From positions 31,310,001 through 31,374,000 of the forward strand of contig NC_135879.1 in the NCBI RefSeq assembly GCF_964194155.1: a stretch of 64,000 nt of DNA, read 5' to 3'. The DNA is from Cetorhinus maximus. Its lineage: Eukaryota. The notes under the pieces are model-generated. The model searched no databases. It was given only the letters and a program-made list of their open reading frames with translations, and had not been told where the DNA came from. Position 1 is the first letter of the stretch. Each line of letters opens with the position of its first letter. Both the position numbers and the translations under genes were made by a program. Shown here one piece after another: positions 1-13,400 of this stretch.

Positions 1-1530
1 TTCTGAAGGAGATAGCTGAAGAGATATGGAGGCGTTAGTGGTGATCTTTCAGGAATCACTCGAGTCAGGGAGGGTCCCAGAGGACTGGAAAATCGCTAAT
101 GTAACCCCCCTGTTTAAGAAGGGAGTGAGGCAAAAGACGGGAAATTACAGGCCGATTAGCCTGACCTCAGTCGTTGGTAAGATTTTAGAGCCCATTATTA
201 AGGAAGAGATTTCAGAATACTTGGAAGTGCATGATAAAATAGGGCAAAGTTAGCATGGTTTCATCAAGGGGAGGTCATGCCTGACAAATCTGTTAAAATT
301 CTTTGAGGAGGTAACGAGTAGGTTAGACAAAGGAGAGCCAATGGATGTTATTTACTTGGCCTTTGACAAGGTGCTGCAGAGAAGGCTGCTCAGTAAGATA
401 AGAGCCCATGGTGTTAGAAGCAAGGTACTAGCATGGATAGAAGATTGGCTGTCTGGCAGGAGGCAGAGAGTGGGGATAAGGGGGTCCTTGTCAGGATGGC
501 GGCCGGTAACTAGTGGAGTTCCGCAGGGGTCAGTGTTGGGACCACAACTTTTCACTTTATACATTAATGATCTAGATGAAGGAACTGAGGGCATTCTGGC
601 TAAGTTTGCAGATGATACAAAGATAGGTGGAGGGACAGGTAGTATTGAGGAGGCAGGGAGGCTGCAGAAGGATTTGGACAGGTTAAAAGAATGGGCAAAG
701 AAGTGGCAGACAGAATACAACGTGGGGAAGTGTGAGGTTATGCACTTTGGTAGGAAGAATAGAGGCATAGACTATTTTCTAAATGGGGAGAGAATTCAGA
801 AATCTGGAGTGCAAAGGGACTTGGGAGTCCTAGACCAGGATTCTCTTAAGGTTAACTTGCAGGTCGAGTCGGTAGTTAGGAAGGCAAATGCAATGTTGGC
901 ATTTATTTCGAGAGAACTAGAATATAAAAGCAGGGATGTGCTGCTGAGGCTTTATAAGGCTCTGGTCAGACCACATTTAGAATATTGTGAGCAATTTTGG
1001 GCCCCGTACCTCAGGAAGGATGTTCTGGCCCTGTAAAGGGTCCAGAGGAGGTTCACAAGAACGATCCCAGGAATGAAAGGCTTAACATATGAGGAACGTT
1101 TGAGGACTCTGGGTCTATACTCGATGGAGTTTAGAAGGATGAGGGGGGATTTGATTGAAACTTACAGAATACTGAAAGGCCTGGATAGAGTGGATGTGGG
1201 GAAGATGTTTCCATTGGTAGGAGAGACTAGGACCCGAGGGCACAGCGTCAGAGTAAAGGGAAGAACTTTTAGAACAGAGATGAGGAGAAACTTCTTTAGC
1301 CAGAGAATGGTGAATCTATGGAATTCATTGCCACAGAAGGCTGTGGAGGCCAGGTCATTGAGTGTATTTAAGACAGAGATAGATAGGTTCTTGATTGGTA
1401 AGGGGATCAAAGGTTACGGGGCAAAGGCAGGAGAATGGGGTTGAGAAACTTATCAGCCATGATTGAATGGCGGAGCAGACTCGATGGGCCGAATGGCCTA
1501 ATTTCTGCTCCTATGTCTTATGGCTTTATC
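1..1530 (+). mobile_element. CR1 LINE, 3' part of ORF2 (reverse transcriptase) plus 3' tail; relatively young but disrupted
   Basis: PEDWKIANVTPLFKKG, NYRPISLTS, GVPQGSVLGP, FADDTK, LVRPHLEYC; in-frame stops at 251 and 1034. Confidence 0.95.
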
Positions 1531-1944
1531 GAAGAACATCAGAGATTGGAGGAATTTCTCTACACATCTTAGGTTCCATTTGCGCTTCTTTTGTGGGCGG
1601 GGTTGGCAGGAACAGTTTCCAACGTGGCAACTTTACCATACGACAGGATGAGAGATGGTGGATTTCAACCCTCCGAAACTATTACTTGTGCAAAAGTCGA
1701 ACCCCTACTTTTTGGCTAAAATTTTAATCTTAGAAACTCGACTTTTACATGAGTATATATGTTACTTCATTGGCTATAAAGTGCTTGAAATGTCCAGTGT
1801 CGTAAAAGGCCCTATATAAATGCAAGTCTTTTTTTCACAATTATATAGGCAATGGGCCGCACTTAATTTCCTTTCCTTACAGAGCTTCAAACCCACCCTA
1901 ATTTTTTGTATCTAAAAATCTCCCCTTGACATGCAACAAAATTA

Positions 1945-2860
1945 CTATTGCTGAAACGCCACCACCAACATCCTAGGTGTTATAATTAAGCAGAAACTTA
2001 ACTGGGCCAGCCATATAAATACTGTGGCTAGAAGACTGGGAATCCTGCGGTGCAATTTGGCCAAACCAGTGCAAAGCATAGTGGAATTTTAAGAGCAAAT
2101 TATGTTCAGCGCAAATTGATTTGCCTTCATCTTTTGTGCTGGTTTAAAAAAAACATGGTGCCCAAAGTTAGCCCCACCCATAAAGCTGGCCACACCTCTT
2201 GATCAAATTAATCACTGTGGCAAGTTTCCGCTAATTGTGCCCATTTGGGTCTTTTTGGAGGCTGAGAGCTGATTCTTCTGGGCACACTTACACTAATGGG
2301 CACTTTTAGATGCTTCACCTCCTGACTCCCCTTGTCCACCATCTACAAGGCACAAGTCAGGAATGTGATGGAACGCCCTCTGCCTGATGAGTGCAGCTCC
2401 AACAACACTCAAGAAGCTCGATACCATCCAGGACAAAACATCTCTCTTAATTGGCACCCCAGCCACCTCAAACATTCTCTCCCACTGATGCATAGTGGTA
2501 CCAGTGTGCACCACTTATAAGATGCACTGCAGTAGCTCACCAAACCTCCATTGATAGCACTTTCCAAAACCTGCGACCTCTGCCACCTAGAACAGGATAG
2601 CAGATGCATATGGGAACACCACAATCTTTCCCCTCCAGATCACACACCATCCTGATTCAGGAACTATAATCGCTGTTTCTTAACTGTCTCTGAATCAAAA
2701 TCCTAGAACTTCCTTCCTAACAGCACTGCGAGCACACCTACACCACATGAACTACACTGGCTCGAGAAGGAAACTCACCATCACCTTCTCAAGCGCAATT
2801 AAGACTGAGCAAAATACTGACCATGCCAGCAGTGCTCACATCCAATGAGCAAATAAAAAT
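1945..2860 (+). mobile_element. 3' fragment of a second LINE family ('family B', CR1/L2 group), interrupted at about 2051-2310 by another repeat
   Basis: [14 protein letters not shown]-thumb motif and tail shared with many copies in the window; the inserted piece resembles 59640-59780. Confidence 0.8.
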
Positions 2861-2989
2861 AATTGAACAGATTTATAATATACAACTGCAACAATATACA
2901 TGAAATTCTCAATGCTTAAAATTGAGATATTTTATATCAACCAGAACAAACTGTGATAAAGCCCTAGAATCCACAAATCTGCTTCTATA

Positions 2990-3540
2990 TCATGGTTAAC
3001 ATAAAAATTAGGAGCAGGAGCAGGCCATTTGGCCCCTCAAACCTGTTCTGCCATTCAATAAGATCATGGCTGATCTCACACCTGCCACCCCAACCCCTCC
3101 CCTCATAACCCTTAACTACCTTGACAATCAAAAATCCATCAGTGTTGGAGGGAGTGAATATTTGAGATGGTTGGGGTGCCAACCATCAGCCTCGAATCTA
3201 TTCAATGACCCAGCCTACACAGCTTTCTGGCGGTAGAGAATTTGAAAGGTTAATGACCTTCTAAAAGAAAAACATCCTCCTTCTCATCTTCATCTTAAAT
3301 GGGAGACCCCCTATTTGTAAATGGCGCCCCCTAGTTCTAGACTCCCCCATGAGGGGAAGCATCCTCTCGTCATTTACTCTGTCAAGCCCCATCGGAAGCT
3401 TACATGTTTCAGTAAGATCACCTCTCATTCTTCTAAACTCCAATGAGTACAGGCCCCAACCTGCTCAATCTTTACTCATAAAACAATCCCTTCATCCCAG
3501 GAATCAATGCAAGTATATCTCCCCTTAAGTAAGGAGGCCA
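2990..3540 (-). mobile_element. CR1 LINE 3' fragment
   Basis: EFRRMRGDLTETCK...GESRTRG; homologous to 1120-1520. Confidence 0.9.
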
Positions 3541-3573
3541 AAACTAAAAGGTACTTACCCAGGCTTCTTTCTC

Positions 3574-3760
3574 AAAAAAAAAAGCAAAATACTGCAGATG
3601 CTGGAAACCTGAAACAAAAACAGAAAATGCTGGAAAAACTCAGCAGGTCTAGCAGCATCTGTGGAGAGAGTCCATATGACCCTTCTACAGAGCTCTGTTT
3701 CTCTCTCCACAGATGCTGCTAGACCTGCTGTGCTTTTCCAGCATTTTCTGTTTTTGCTTC
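3574..3760. mobile_element. Short fold-back Penelope-like terminal fragment (56-bp inverted arms)
   Basis: 3615-3670 is the reverse complement of 3701-3756 (54/56 matches); same family as 7191, 46934 and 49200. Confidence 0.8.
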
Positions 3761-4059
3761 ACTCTCAAACTTGGAAATCTCTCCCCTAACTTTTAGTATA
3801 TAATATATTTTAAAGGAATCCTGTACCGATTTTTAAAAAAAAAACTTGCACATTTTAATGTAAATCACATCAGTGAAACACAGCACGATTTTTTTTTGGT
3901 CTTCAATATCCTCTCGATAATACCATACATACAGGTTTTATTTTAGAGCATTTTTTTCTCTAATCTTGTCTGACTTCATCCATTTACATCGGTTGATTTC
4001 TTCTCGGGTTAAACTTTAAAAAAAATCAGTGATCCGTAGACAACAAACAGTAACATTAT

Positions 4060-4400
4060 ATCTACCTCCCCCCTTCAGTTCTCATGTCCTTCTGGTTTGT
4101 CCGGAACATTGTATCAGGTATGCAGTTCCCTTCCTCTCAGTGGGGTGAAGTTGTTACACATCCTGCTGTCCCGTCGGCTTTCATGGGTTCGTCCGCGGGA
4201 GCCGTCACTTCCGATCATGAATTTGTTATGAAAAATAAAATAAATCTGATTAAAGTCAGGAGATATTGCTGAAAATGGCGGAGATTCAGGGGGAGGCGGA
4301 CGAGAGAAGCCCCCTATTGAAGTCGGAGTCCGGCAGGTGAGTGATCGGAGTAGCTGCCGGTAAACATGCAGCAGCCAGAGACAGGGATAAGAGTGATGGC
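4060..4400. promoter_or_regulatory. CpG-enriched, probably bidirectional MFSD8 promoter region
   Basis: Local CpG enrichment against a CpG-poor background; ETS/GABP-type cores CCGGAA (4101) and CACTTCCG (4206); YY1-type AAAATGGCGG overlapping the ATG (4272-4281). Confidence 0.6.
4275..4336 (+). CDS. MFSD8: MFSD8 coding exon 1 ([20 protein letters not shown]-)
   Basis: AAAATGG Kozak context; acidic dileucine lysosomal sorting motif ERSPLL; donor AG|GTGAGT. Confidence 0.93.
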
Positions 4401-7400
4401 CATTCGGCAGGGCTGCTTCTTCATCTTACATACATCAACACAGTCCACACACATGTCTACACCTGATATAAAACCAGAAAAATGGTCATGCGCCGCAGCA
4501 TCTGGAAGAGAAAAGATAGGAAGAAGCGATTTGTTGGTGATGATTATCCCCTGACATCTTCCAGCCTTTCTTCCCTCCCAAACCTGAGCTCATCCAAAAC
4601 TCCGCTGACCCTTCAACCATCACCCCTGGTGCTCGCTAACTTGCGTCGGTTGCCAGTCCAGCAATGGCTCGATTTCAAAATTCTTACCCTTATTTTCAAA
4701 TCCCTCGCCCTTTTGACCTTTCCATGAACTCTGCGTTCTTACACTTCTGGCCTGTTGTGCATTCCTGGTTTCCTTTGCACGTCCACCAGCAGCTGTCTAA
4801 ACTCTTGGCATTCCCCCCTAAACCTGTCTGCCTCCCCATCTCTCCTTCTTTACAACCCTCCTTAAAACTATTTGACCAAGCTTTTAATCACCTGTTCTAA
4901 TGTCTCCTTATGTGGCTTGATGTCAAATTTTGTGTGATAATGCACCTATGAAGTGCCTTGGGATCTTTTATGCTGGTAAAAGTAGTTATATAAATGCAAC
5001 GAGTTATCCCAGCATCGCATGCATTATGCATCAATCCCAGAGATAGTGAAAATACTAGGTTTGCCTGCTGTGTTTGCTGACAAAACAAGAGTGATTACAC
5101 TTCAGCAGTAATTTATTGGTTGAGAAATGTTTTGATAGCTGAATGATATGAAATGCGCTATATTAAAGTTAGGCCTTTTGAAGTTGAATCATAGCAATAG
5201 CAAATCACATGTCTTAAAGATGGGTTTTTGATGTAAAGAACAGTCACATTTGGAATGTTAACCACCTGCCTTTTTCAGATGCTGACTGATTTTTTGTTTA
5301 TTATCCTTATACCTGTGAGGAGACACTGCAACTTGCAGCAACTTCTACAACGGATAACCAATTTTTTTCTCAGTCAGAAATCTTATTCAGGAATTGTTAG
5401 CAGACTTCAGTTACAGTTGTAACAGAGGATTGTTAGTTTTCCAAGCCTGGGTGGTTTTAAAAAACAAGCTTTAATGTACATTAATACAAGCATTGTTTTT
5501 TTTTAAATATGACTTCCAAAGTTAGCCATTAAATACAAAGTGAATAATGCAACCTGTTTCCTTCATGAAGTCTCATTCACGTTCACCAGACCTTTAACCT
5601 TCCTGGGTCACCGTTAATGCAAATGGACACTGTGTTTCCCAAGAGTGCTCTATTAGAGAAAAATGTCCCATTTTTGTGTAGGTGCGCATTTACAGAGGCC
5701 ACACATTCAAGTGTTTACTCTGCTTTTAATCTTTCATCCTTCATCTCTGTTCTGCTGGGTTTGTTTATTATACATAGGCCAAGTGGCCTTCCAGGCTTTC
5801 ATAGTTCTAACTGACTTAGCAATATCTCAAAGCTATCTCTTGCTGTGATATGCCATCTCTTAGTAATTGCACCTCTATTTCGGTGACTGATTCACAAGAC
5901 TTAGCCTGGTTTCTCCACATTCAGTCCCTGGCTAAAATACCAAGACAAAGCCTGCTGGGACACCTTTGCCATTTAAACCACTTTAAAATATTCTCACAGG
6001 AATTGACACATAACCAGAATAGCTTCTAAACTGAGGTATGGCATGGTTTTCTGGTTTGTGTATGCATGATTATATAGCATTGGCTATTCTTTTCCATTCA
6101 TGCAGAAGCACGCTAATTTAAAAAAAATTCATTCTTGGGATATTGGCATTGTTGGTAAGGCTGGCATTTGTTGCCCATTCCTAGTTGCCCTAAGAAAGTG
6201 ACCAGACCTTTAAGTCACCAGACCTTTAACCTTCCTGGGTCACCGTTAATGCAAATGGACACTGTGTTTCCCAAGAGTGCTCTATTAGAGAAAAATGTCC
6301 CATTTTTGTGCCATTCAGCTACTTTGGGTTGCACCTAAGCACAACATTATGTGTAGGTGCGCATTTACAGAGGCCACACCGCTGTAGTCCATGTAGTAGT
6401 TTTCATAGCAGTTTGATAGAAATGTGTGGCTTGCTGGTCTACTCCAGAAGACAGGGCAGTTAAAAGTCAATGATGTTCTTTTGAATTTAATGTGCACTAT
6501 TTGCAAATGACATTTCATATTATCCTATGCATTTTTCATTCAAGCCACCCTCTCGCTCAATCTCTAGTTCATAGCTCCCCCCAGTTGGATTTCCCTCTCA
6601 CAGGACCACTTCGTTGCCATGTTGGCTGAATTTCTACTTCCTCAGCACCCACCTCTCCACTACCCCTCCACCTTGGCTGAATTTTATGGTCATTTACCAC
6701 ACGCTGAGAATATTTCCCAGGCAGAGGCAGTTTGCTGAATAGCACCTCCTCCTGTGTCCTTTGTTTCCTCTCTCCTCATCTTCCTTTCCTTTCTGCCCCC
6801 TCTTCACCTCATTCTCTCCCCATACTTCTTTCCCCACACCTATCTACTTTCCCTTCCCTCCTCCTTCAGCCTCTCCACCTGCTTCACATCCTTTCATTCT
6901 TCATCCTCACTCGCTTCCTGCTATCTTACGCCCTCCATTATTCCCTCCTGGCCATCCTCCACCTTTTCGCTTGCTTTCCTTCTCACTCCTCCCCTTTCCT
7001 TCCACCCCCCTCTTCACATATGCTTCCCTTTTTTTCTCTCCCATCATCTACCTCCTTCCCTTCCATCCTCCTAACATATCCCTTCCATCCTCTAAACCAT
7101 CCCTTCCACTTTCATACCCATCCCCTTCCCTCTATTCTTCTATCTCCCATTTCCCCTTTCACCTTTCTCAAACTCCTCCCTATTTGTATAATAAAAGCAA
7201 AATACTGTGGATGCTGGAGATCTGAAATAAAACAGAAAGTGTTGGAAAACCTCAGCAGGTCTGGCAGCATCTATGGAGAGACAGAGTTAACATTTCGAGT
7301 CCAATATGACTCTTCTTTGGAACTGAAGAGAGATAGAAAAATGATGGGTTTTATGCTTTTGGAAAAGGAATGGCGGCAGGAGGCAATGGCAGCAGGAGGT

Positions 7401-10400
7401 AGGGTCAGGTGGAACAAAAGGGAAGGTCAGAGATAGGTTAGAGGGTGGAGAGATTAAATTACAAAGATGATATGGAACAAAAGGCAAAGAGGGTGGTAAT
7501 GGTTGTAGTAAATAAACAAAGCTCCTCCGCATTAACTTCTCTTCATCTCTCTCTTTCTCTGTCCCTACCTATCCTTTCTTCCTCCCTCCCTCAATAATCC
7601 CATTCCCATCCTCCAATTCTTTCCTCCCCACCATTAATCCTCTTCACCCATCACCTCACCATCCCATCTCTCTGTTCACCACCTTGGCCTAATTATTTCT
7701 CCTGCCCTTTAACTCCTTTTGAGTTGAATACTGCACAGGGTTTTGACTCCCCTTACACAATGCCTTAAGAGATTGACTAATAATCTACCAAGTATTCAGG
7801 AAGATAAAAAAAAAAGAAAAAAACACCCCACAGTACAAAACAAATCAGAATAAGGTTTATTTGCACGTTTGATTTATTTGTATTTTATTGCATTGAGGGC
7901 TTTGGTAAAGTATCATAGTGCAATGCAGTCAGTAATAGTTAAGCACAGTTCTGTCATTTGGTAGACTGGTGACTGTATTGTGATACAGATGCACCCCCAA
8001 GTTAAAATCAAATGTTATAGCCAAGAGTAATTTTACTGCATCATGGTTTGCTCAGCACTCAGCACAATGCAGTACAGTTTGCTAAGTTTAATTTTGAAGA
8101 ATTTTCAAGGAATAAAAACCTGGGTAAGTACTTGAAGGTCTTGAGTTAGAAACATGGATCATATTGTGGGCCGCATACATTGTTGAAACCCTTGAATTAG
8201 GATTTATGCACCAATGAGACAGCAGTACTGAGAACAGCCGCTTTCCAAAATTCAAAAAGAGCAAACCAGGAAATAAGAATTGGATGGACATGTAAGGCTG
8301 AGTTGCCTGGGCATCAAAAGCTGAATTGTCATGGCTTGGGGACATACATGTACCACAGGCTGCAGTTTAGAATACCTGGTATAAAGTTTTCTATACCAGA
8401 AAGCCCAGTTGGTGAAGGATAGAATTGGAGCCAGTCTTTACAGACATATATTTATTTTAAAAAGTTACACATTACAAGGATGCACCTCCTAACCCAACAA
8501 CCGTAGACTTAGTCTTGTCTACAGGGACTCAAGTGAATCCCCAGTTAATACCCACCACATGCATCTAATTAAACAGAATTAATATACAATTAACACAAAG
8601 ATATGTAATATGCTTGGTTATAAAGGTCATTCCACTTTTTAAAAGCTTCTGATTTTTGTCAAATTTCTATTTAGGTATTTCCCATCCCATAATACCCTAG
8701 GCTGCAAGATCTGAATGTTACCAGCACAGCCATAATGTACTGCATTATGCTGTATGCAGTGCTTTTTTGCTTTCAGACAGGTCACTCTTGAGCTCCTACA
8801 GTACTGTTTATTTTACTCATTCTGTGGAAGCTGCATTTTCCTTCAACAGGCTTGTGAACGACAACAATAGCTTTTAAACTGGCTTTAAAGACCATCCCAG
8901 CTTGCACTACATATGTGGAGTAAAAAGGCTTAGTTGGCTTGAATATTACACTCAAGTCTGCACATCCAGCATATTTAAATGTGTTTTTCATAGAACATTG
9001 TAGTTTGGAAAATAAGCTATGGTAATTAATCTTGCATATACCCCACCTTTTCTTATTGACACATCTACCAGTTCAGTATTAAATAAATAATAAGTACCAT
9101 GGTTCCACTGTGACCCAGTGATTCAGCACATTGACTCCACAGGAGTATTTGGTTAGATTGAAAGCTGCCTGCATGCATATGGCTACATAGGTGAACGGTT
9201 ACCGTAAAATGTAATATTGCTTTTGTTGCAAATTATTTTGTTAAAAAAAAATTTCCTGTTATGAACAGTGTTCCTTTCACCGCCTCCTAGATATCAACAA
9301 TGTATGGTGTCCAAATTTCAGGGGGATAAAACTGTTTAGTTGGCAGTGAATCTGTCTGATAAGTAGTGTGGTTTGGCTTCCTTTTGGTCCAGATGTGCCA
9401 GCTACTTAAAATTAATTATAAATTGGTCTAGTTTACATTCAAGCTGCTTTGCAATGTACAGTTTGGACTAAATATACAGCATTATGGTTGCCAGTCCAGC
9501 TGATTCTAGATCCAGTTTTTGAACTAAGGCACAACCATGGTGCAACAGAAACTAGTGTTGACGTAGGGATTTAGTTACATTAATAGCTCCATGTAACTTC
9601 AGTATTTAAAACTTACTGCAAGTGCATTTGGATTTTTAAAATTTTATTTTTAAATTTCTCCTAGCCCTGATTTTTGGTGCTATACTATATTTTTCCAACA
9701 GTAGGCGGGGTCGGGTGGGGTGGGGTGTGGAGTGGGGGGCCGCTATAATCTGACATCTGGAATTTTCTGTGAGAACTCAATCCTCGAAGGTGAGGATGCC
9801 AACGATGAGGCCATTGTACTGGCCAGGTAAGCCAGGCCCTCATAGCTGTACTATTTGTGGAGGATGATGATGAGATACAGTGAGGACAGTCCTGACATCC
9901 TCACCTTGCATCTGAGCGTCTGACTCCTGTGTGGCTGATGGCAGCGCACATACCCTCAGTGCTCAGGCTCATGTCAAGGAGATGCAGCAGAGGCCCTAAC
10001 AGTCTCTAGATTCCAGGAGGATGATGACAACATGCAGTGAGGTTACTCTGTAGATCTTCACATTGCCTCTGTGAATGCCTGAATCCTGTCTGGCTGAGGG
10101 CAGTTCATTTGTGCTCTGCGATCAGGGTCAAATCATGGAGATGCAGCCATGAACTTTAAATGCACTTGATCCTTTGTCAGCTTTCAGCACCTGATCCCTT
10201 CAGGAGCACAGCATCACTGGTCACAGATGCTGAAGAGATGGTGGGCAGCCCCACCTCAAAGGTGCTGAGAGCACACAAAGAGAATGACAAAACTCTGTGA
10301 TGCCTGCCCGCCACATTCTGGCTGCAATAACAAGCACCATCGAGGTGCAGGCATCACTAATGTGTCCAGTGAGTGTGAAGTTGGACAATCACTTTGGTCT

Positions 10401-13400
10401 GAAGGTTACACACTGCACAGGGAATACACCCTGGACTCAGACACCTGCCTTTATTTTGTGTGGGAACCAAGGTTTCACGTCTGAGTGAGATGAACATTGC
10501 TCATCATAACATGGAGCTAAAGGCAAGGAGACATTCTTGGGAGTTTATTTGCAATAGTGAACATTAAATACAAGTGATTAACACCCGTACCCAGGCTGTG
10601 CAACTACATCTTTGTAACCTTCCTAACCCTGCCACTATGTCTTGGTGCTCTCCAACATGCACAGCAGAGGCGGAGGCAGCCTGCTGACTGCTATGAGCTG
10701 TCTGTGATGACCTTTGTGGGCGTCCTCTGGAGAGCCAAGACCTGGAGGGGCCCAGCCTGCTTCTGGGGTCCAGTTGTGTGGCAGTGGCACGCTACCCGGC
10801 TTGTGGCGTTGGAGCTGCTGGTGTCACAGGTAGAGGGGATTCGGATGGATTGGACATTCCCAGAGTCATCTGGGCAGATGGCCCCAGGGTGTGCACCTGC
10901 TGACCCTCCTCCCCATGAGTGCCTGAGGGCCCCTGGCTGACTCCTTGAGGAGAAGGGGAAGCTAGAGTGAGATCGAGCTGGTCCCACCCCTTTCACATTG
11001 ACGCTGTTGGAGGTCAACAATGGCGTCAGCAATGGTGTTCAGCGTGCGCAGCACTGCAGGACCGATGTCCTGGACCAAGGTCTCCATGGTGGCTGCCATC
11101 CTACCGGTGTTGACCTCAGCATGTTGGCATGCTGGCGCTATCACCTCAAAGTGAAGGTGGACGGACTCCTCCATCAATCCTTGCAAACTGAGAAGTACAG
11201 CAGACATCCTTTCCTGATGTTCCTGAGCTTGCCTTTGCAGCTCCAGCAACTGAGGTATGACCAAGTCCAGACGCTTGTCATCTAACTTGGACTCAGCAGA
11301 TTTCTGGCCTCCAGCAGTCCTCTGAGTGCCGGAAACCTGACAAGTCCCTGCCACCGCCTGCTGTGGATCAGACAGTGCGATATGCTCACCAGATTGTGAC
11401 CCCGAGGTTACACTAGAACTAGGTCCCACCGAGGTGTGTGTCTCTGCATTGGTGGAGAGTGTGGGTGAACATTGTGACGGGCTTTTGGGGCTTGACTCAA
11501 CCCCCCTGGGCTGCTTCCCAGATGTACTTGCGGAAGCAAGGAGAGATAATTAGTGCATGGCAGGGGACTGCGGAATAGGGAACTCACTCTTAGCATGGTT
11601 GTCTGATGGATGTTGTACTGCCGGATCCTCACTTGATTGAGCACCACCAACCTCACCATCAGCGCAGGAACGGTCCAGACCATCCCTGGCCAGCTGGATG
11701 ACTTTATTTTCAAAGTCTGTGAGGACTTTGATGTCGGGTATTTCTCCACCAGTCAGTGGCCTCTCCCTTTTGTTGTGTGCCAGCTTGTCCAGCATTAAGA
11801 CAGATGGAGAGAGTGTAAGCAGGACGCCTGCTAGACCAGATGATAAGGATGCCTGGCAAGTGTGAGTGGTGAGTGGTGCCATGGACGGGATGAGAACATT
11901 ATCCGCAGGGCAGATTAAGAGGTGTGTGAGAGTGAATGGTGATGTTCCTTGAACTGCCAGTGAGTGAGATCCCTGTGGATGTGTGATGGGTTTGAGTGTG
12001 TGTGAGTTGAGAGTGATGAGAAGAGTGACTTACCCTGGTAGAACGGAGGAGATCATTCATCCTCTTTCGGCACTGGGTGGCCGTCCTCTTTTGCAGGGCG
12101 TTAGCACTGATCACCGCTGCCACTGCCTCCCATGCTGGATTTGTCACCTTGCTTGTTGGTCTTTGCCCAAAGCAGGGGTAGAGGAATCACGGAGGGCCTC
12201 CACTGCATTCAGTAGGCACCTGAGGAAGGTGTCGCTAAATTTGGGGGCAGCATGTTTCCTCCCTTTGGCAGCAATGACTTTGCAGCAGCTTCCGATCCCT
12301 TAGAGAGTGCTAGCTCTGTGCAGGGGCATCCTTTAAATAAGGCATCCTGATTACTGAAGGCCTGAGGTGATGGCAGGGCAGGTGAATCAGAGGCTCCTCT
12401 GCCAGTGATCCAGCGTGTTTCCCGGGAATGCATTACTTATGAGGCAGGACGCGCCGAAAATGGGACGACATAGCGTGAAAACACACTCAAGCGGCCATCG
12501 AGTAAATGTCCTTTTTCCCGCCTGCCACCGGGGATTGTGCAGATCTGGGACGATTCCGCCCTCTGGTTAAAAATGCTTAATTTTTGTGATAAACCCATTT
12601 TCAGATATATTCATTAAACTTGCGCCATGCAACCAATTTTTAATATATTAAGGAATATTTTGCAAATTTTTAAAGAAAAATTACGTTACAAAAAACTGTT
12701 TATAGCTGATATGAGTTTGGCAATATGCAGATAAATTTGAGCAGAAACATGAGAGAAAAAACTACTTTGCGTAACTAGTGCAAATTTGAGCGCAGTTTTT
12801 CTCTGATCACAGCTTTCACTCTTGGCCAGCATGTTTAAGAACATGCAATCGTACAAGTTTTTCAATTTTGAATGTGACTTATGCTGGTGCTATAATAATG
12901 GATTCAAAGAAAAAGAAATTGTAGTGCCGGACTCAACGAGATTTATTTTTAAATTGCTCAAAAATATCAATAAAACACCTTAAAAATGACTGTTACCTGC
13001 TGCATGTAAAATCCTGGGGTTACTTTTGCACCCAGTTTGAATCAGCATAATTGCAGAAAGTTTGAATGATTGCTTGGAAGCGGAGCCATTATAACAAGGT
13101 GTGGGAAAGGATCAATGGACTAGCATAAAAGAACAAAGAACAAGCATAATATTTTGGAAAATTCTTGCACCTGCATCTCCTTGATCTTTCATGGCAACTA
13201 TTTGAACATGGCTCAATTATTTCTATCTTTGGGTTCAATACACAGGAATCTTCCAGCTCAAAGTTTGTTGTTGACTTGGCCATGTCATAGTGCCACCTAC
13301 AGGTATTGCAGGAACATGAAGACACAATGGAGGAGAAATTTGTTCATGGAAGCAGCGCTACGTAGACATACGTCAATCCACCAGGGGAGGCAGTATGTTA

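Noticed and set aside
341-1444. RT ORFs as an active or domesticated reverse transcriptase, or a retron-like system
   Set aside because: Ordinary CR1 ORF2 with in-frame stops and an apparent 4-codon deletion near DVIYL
6732-7436. 234-aa and overlapping 106- and 154-aa ORFs
   Set aside because: Produced by C/T low complexity (few stop codons) running into a TE; P/S/L/F/H-biased with no domain
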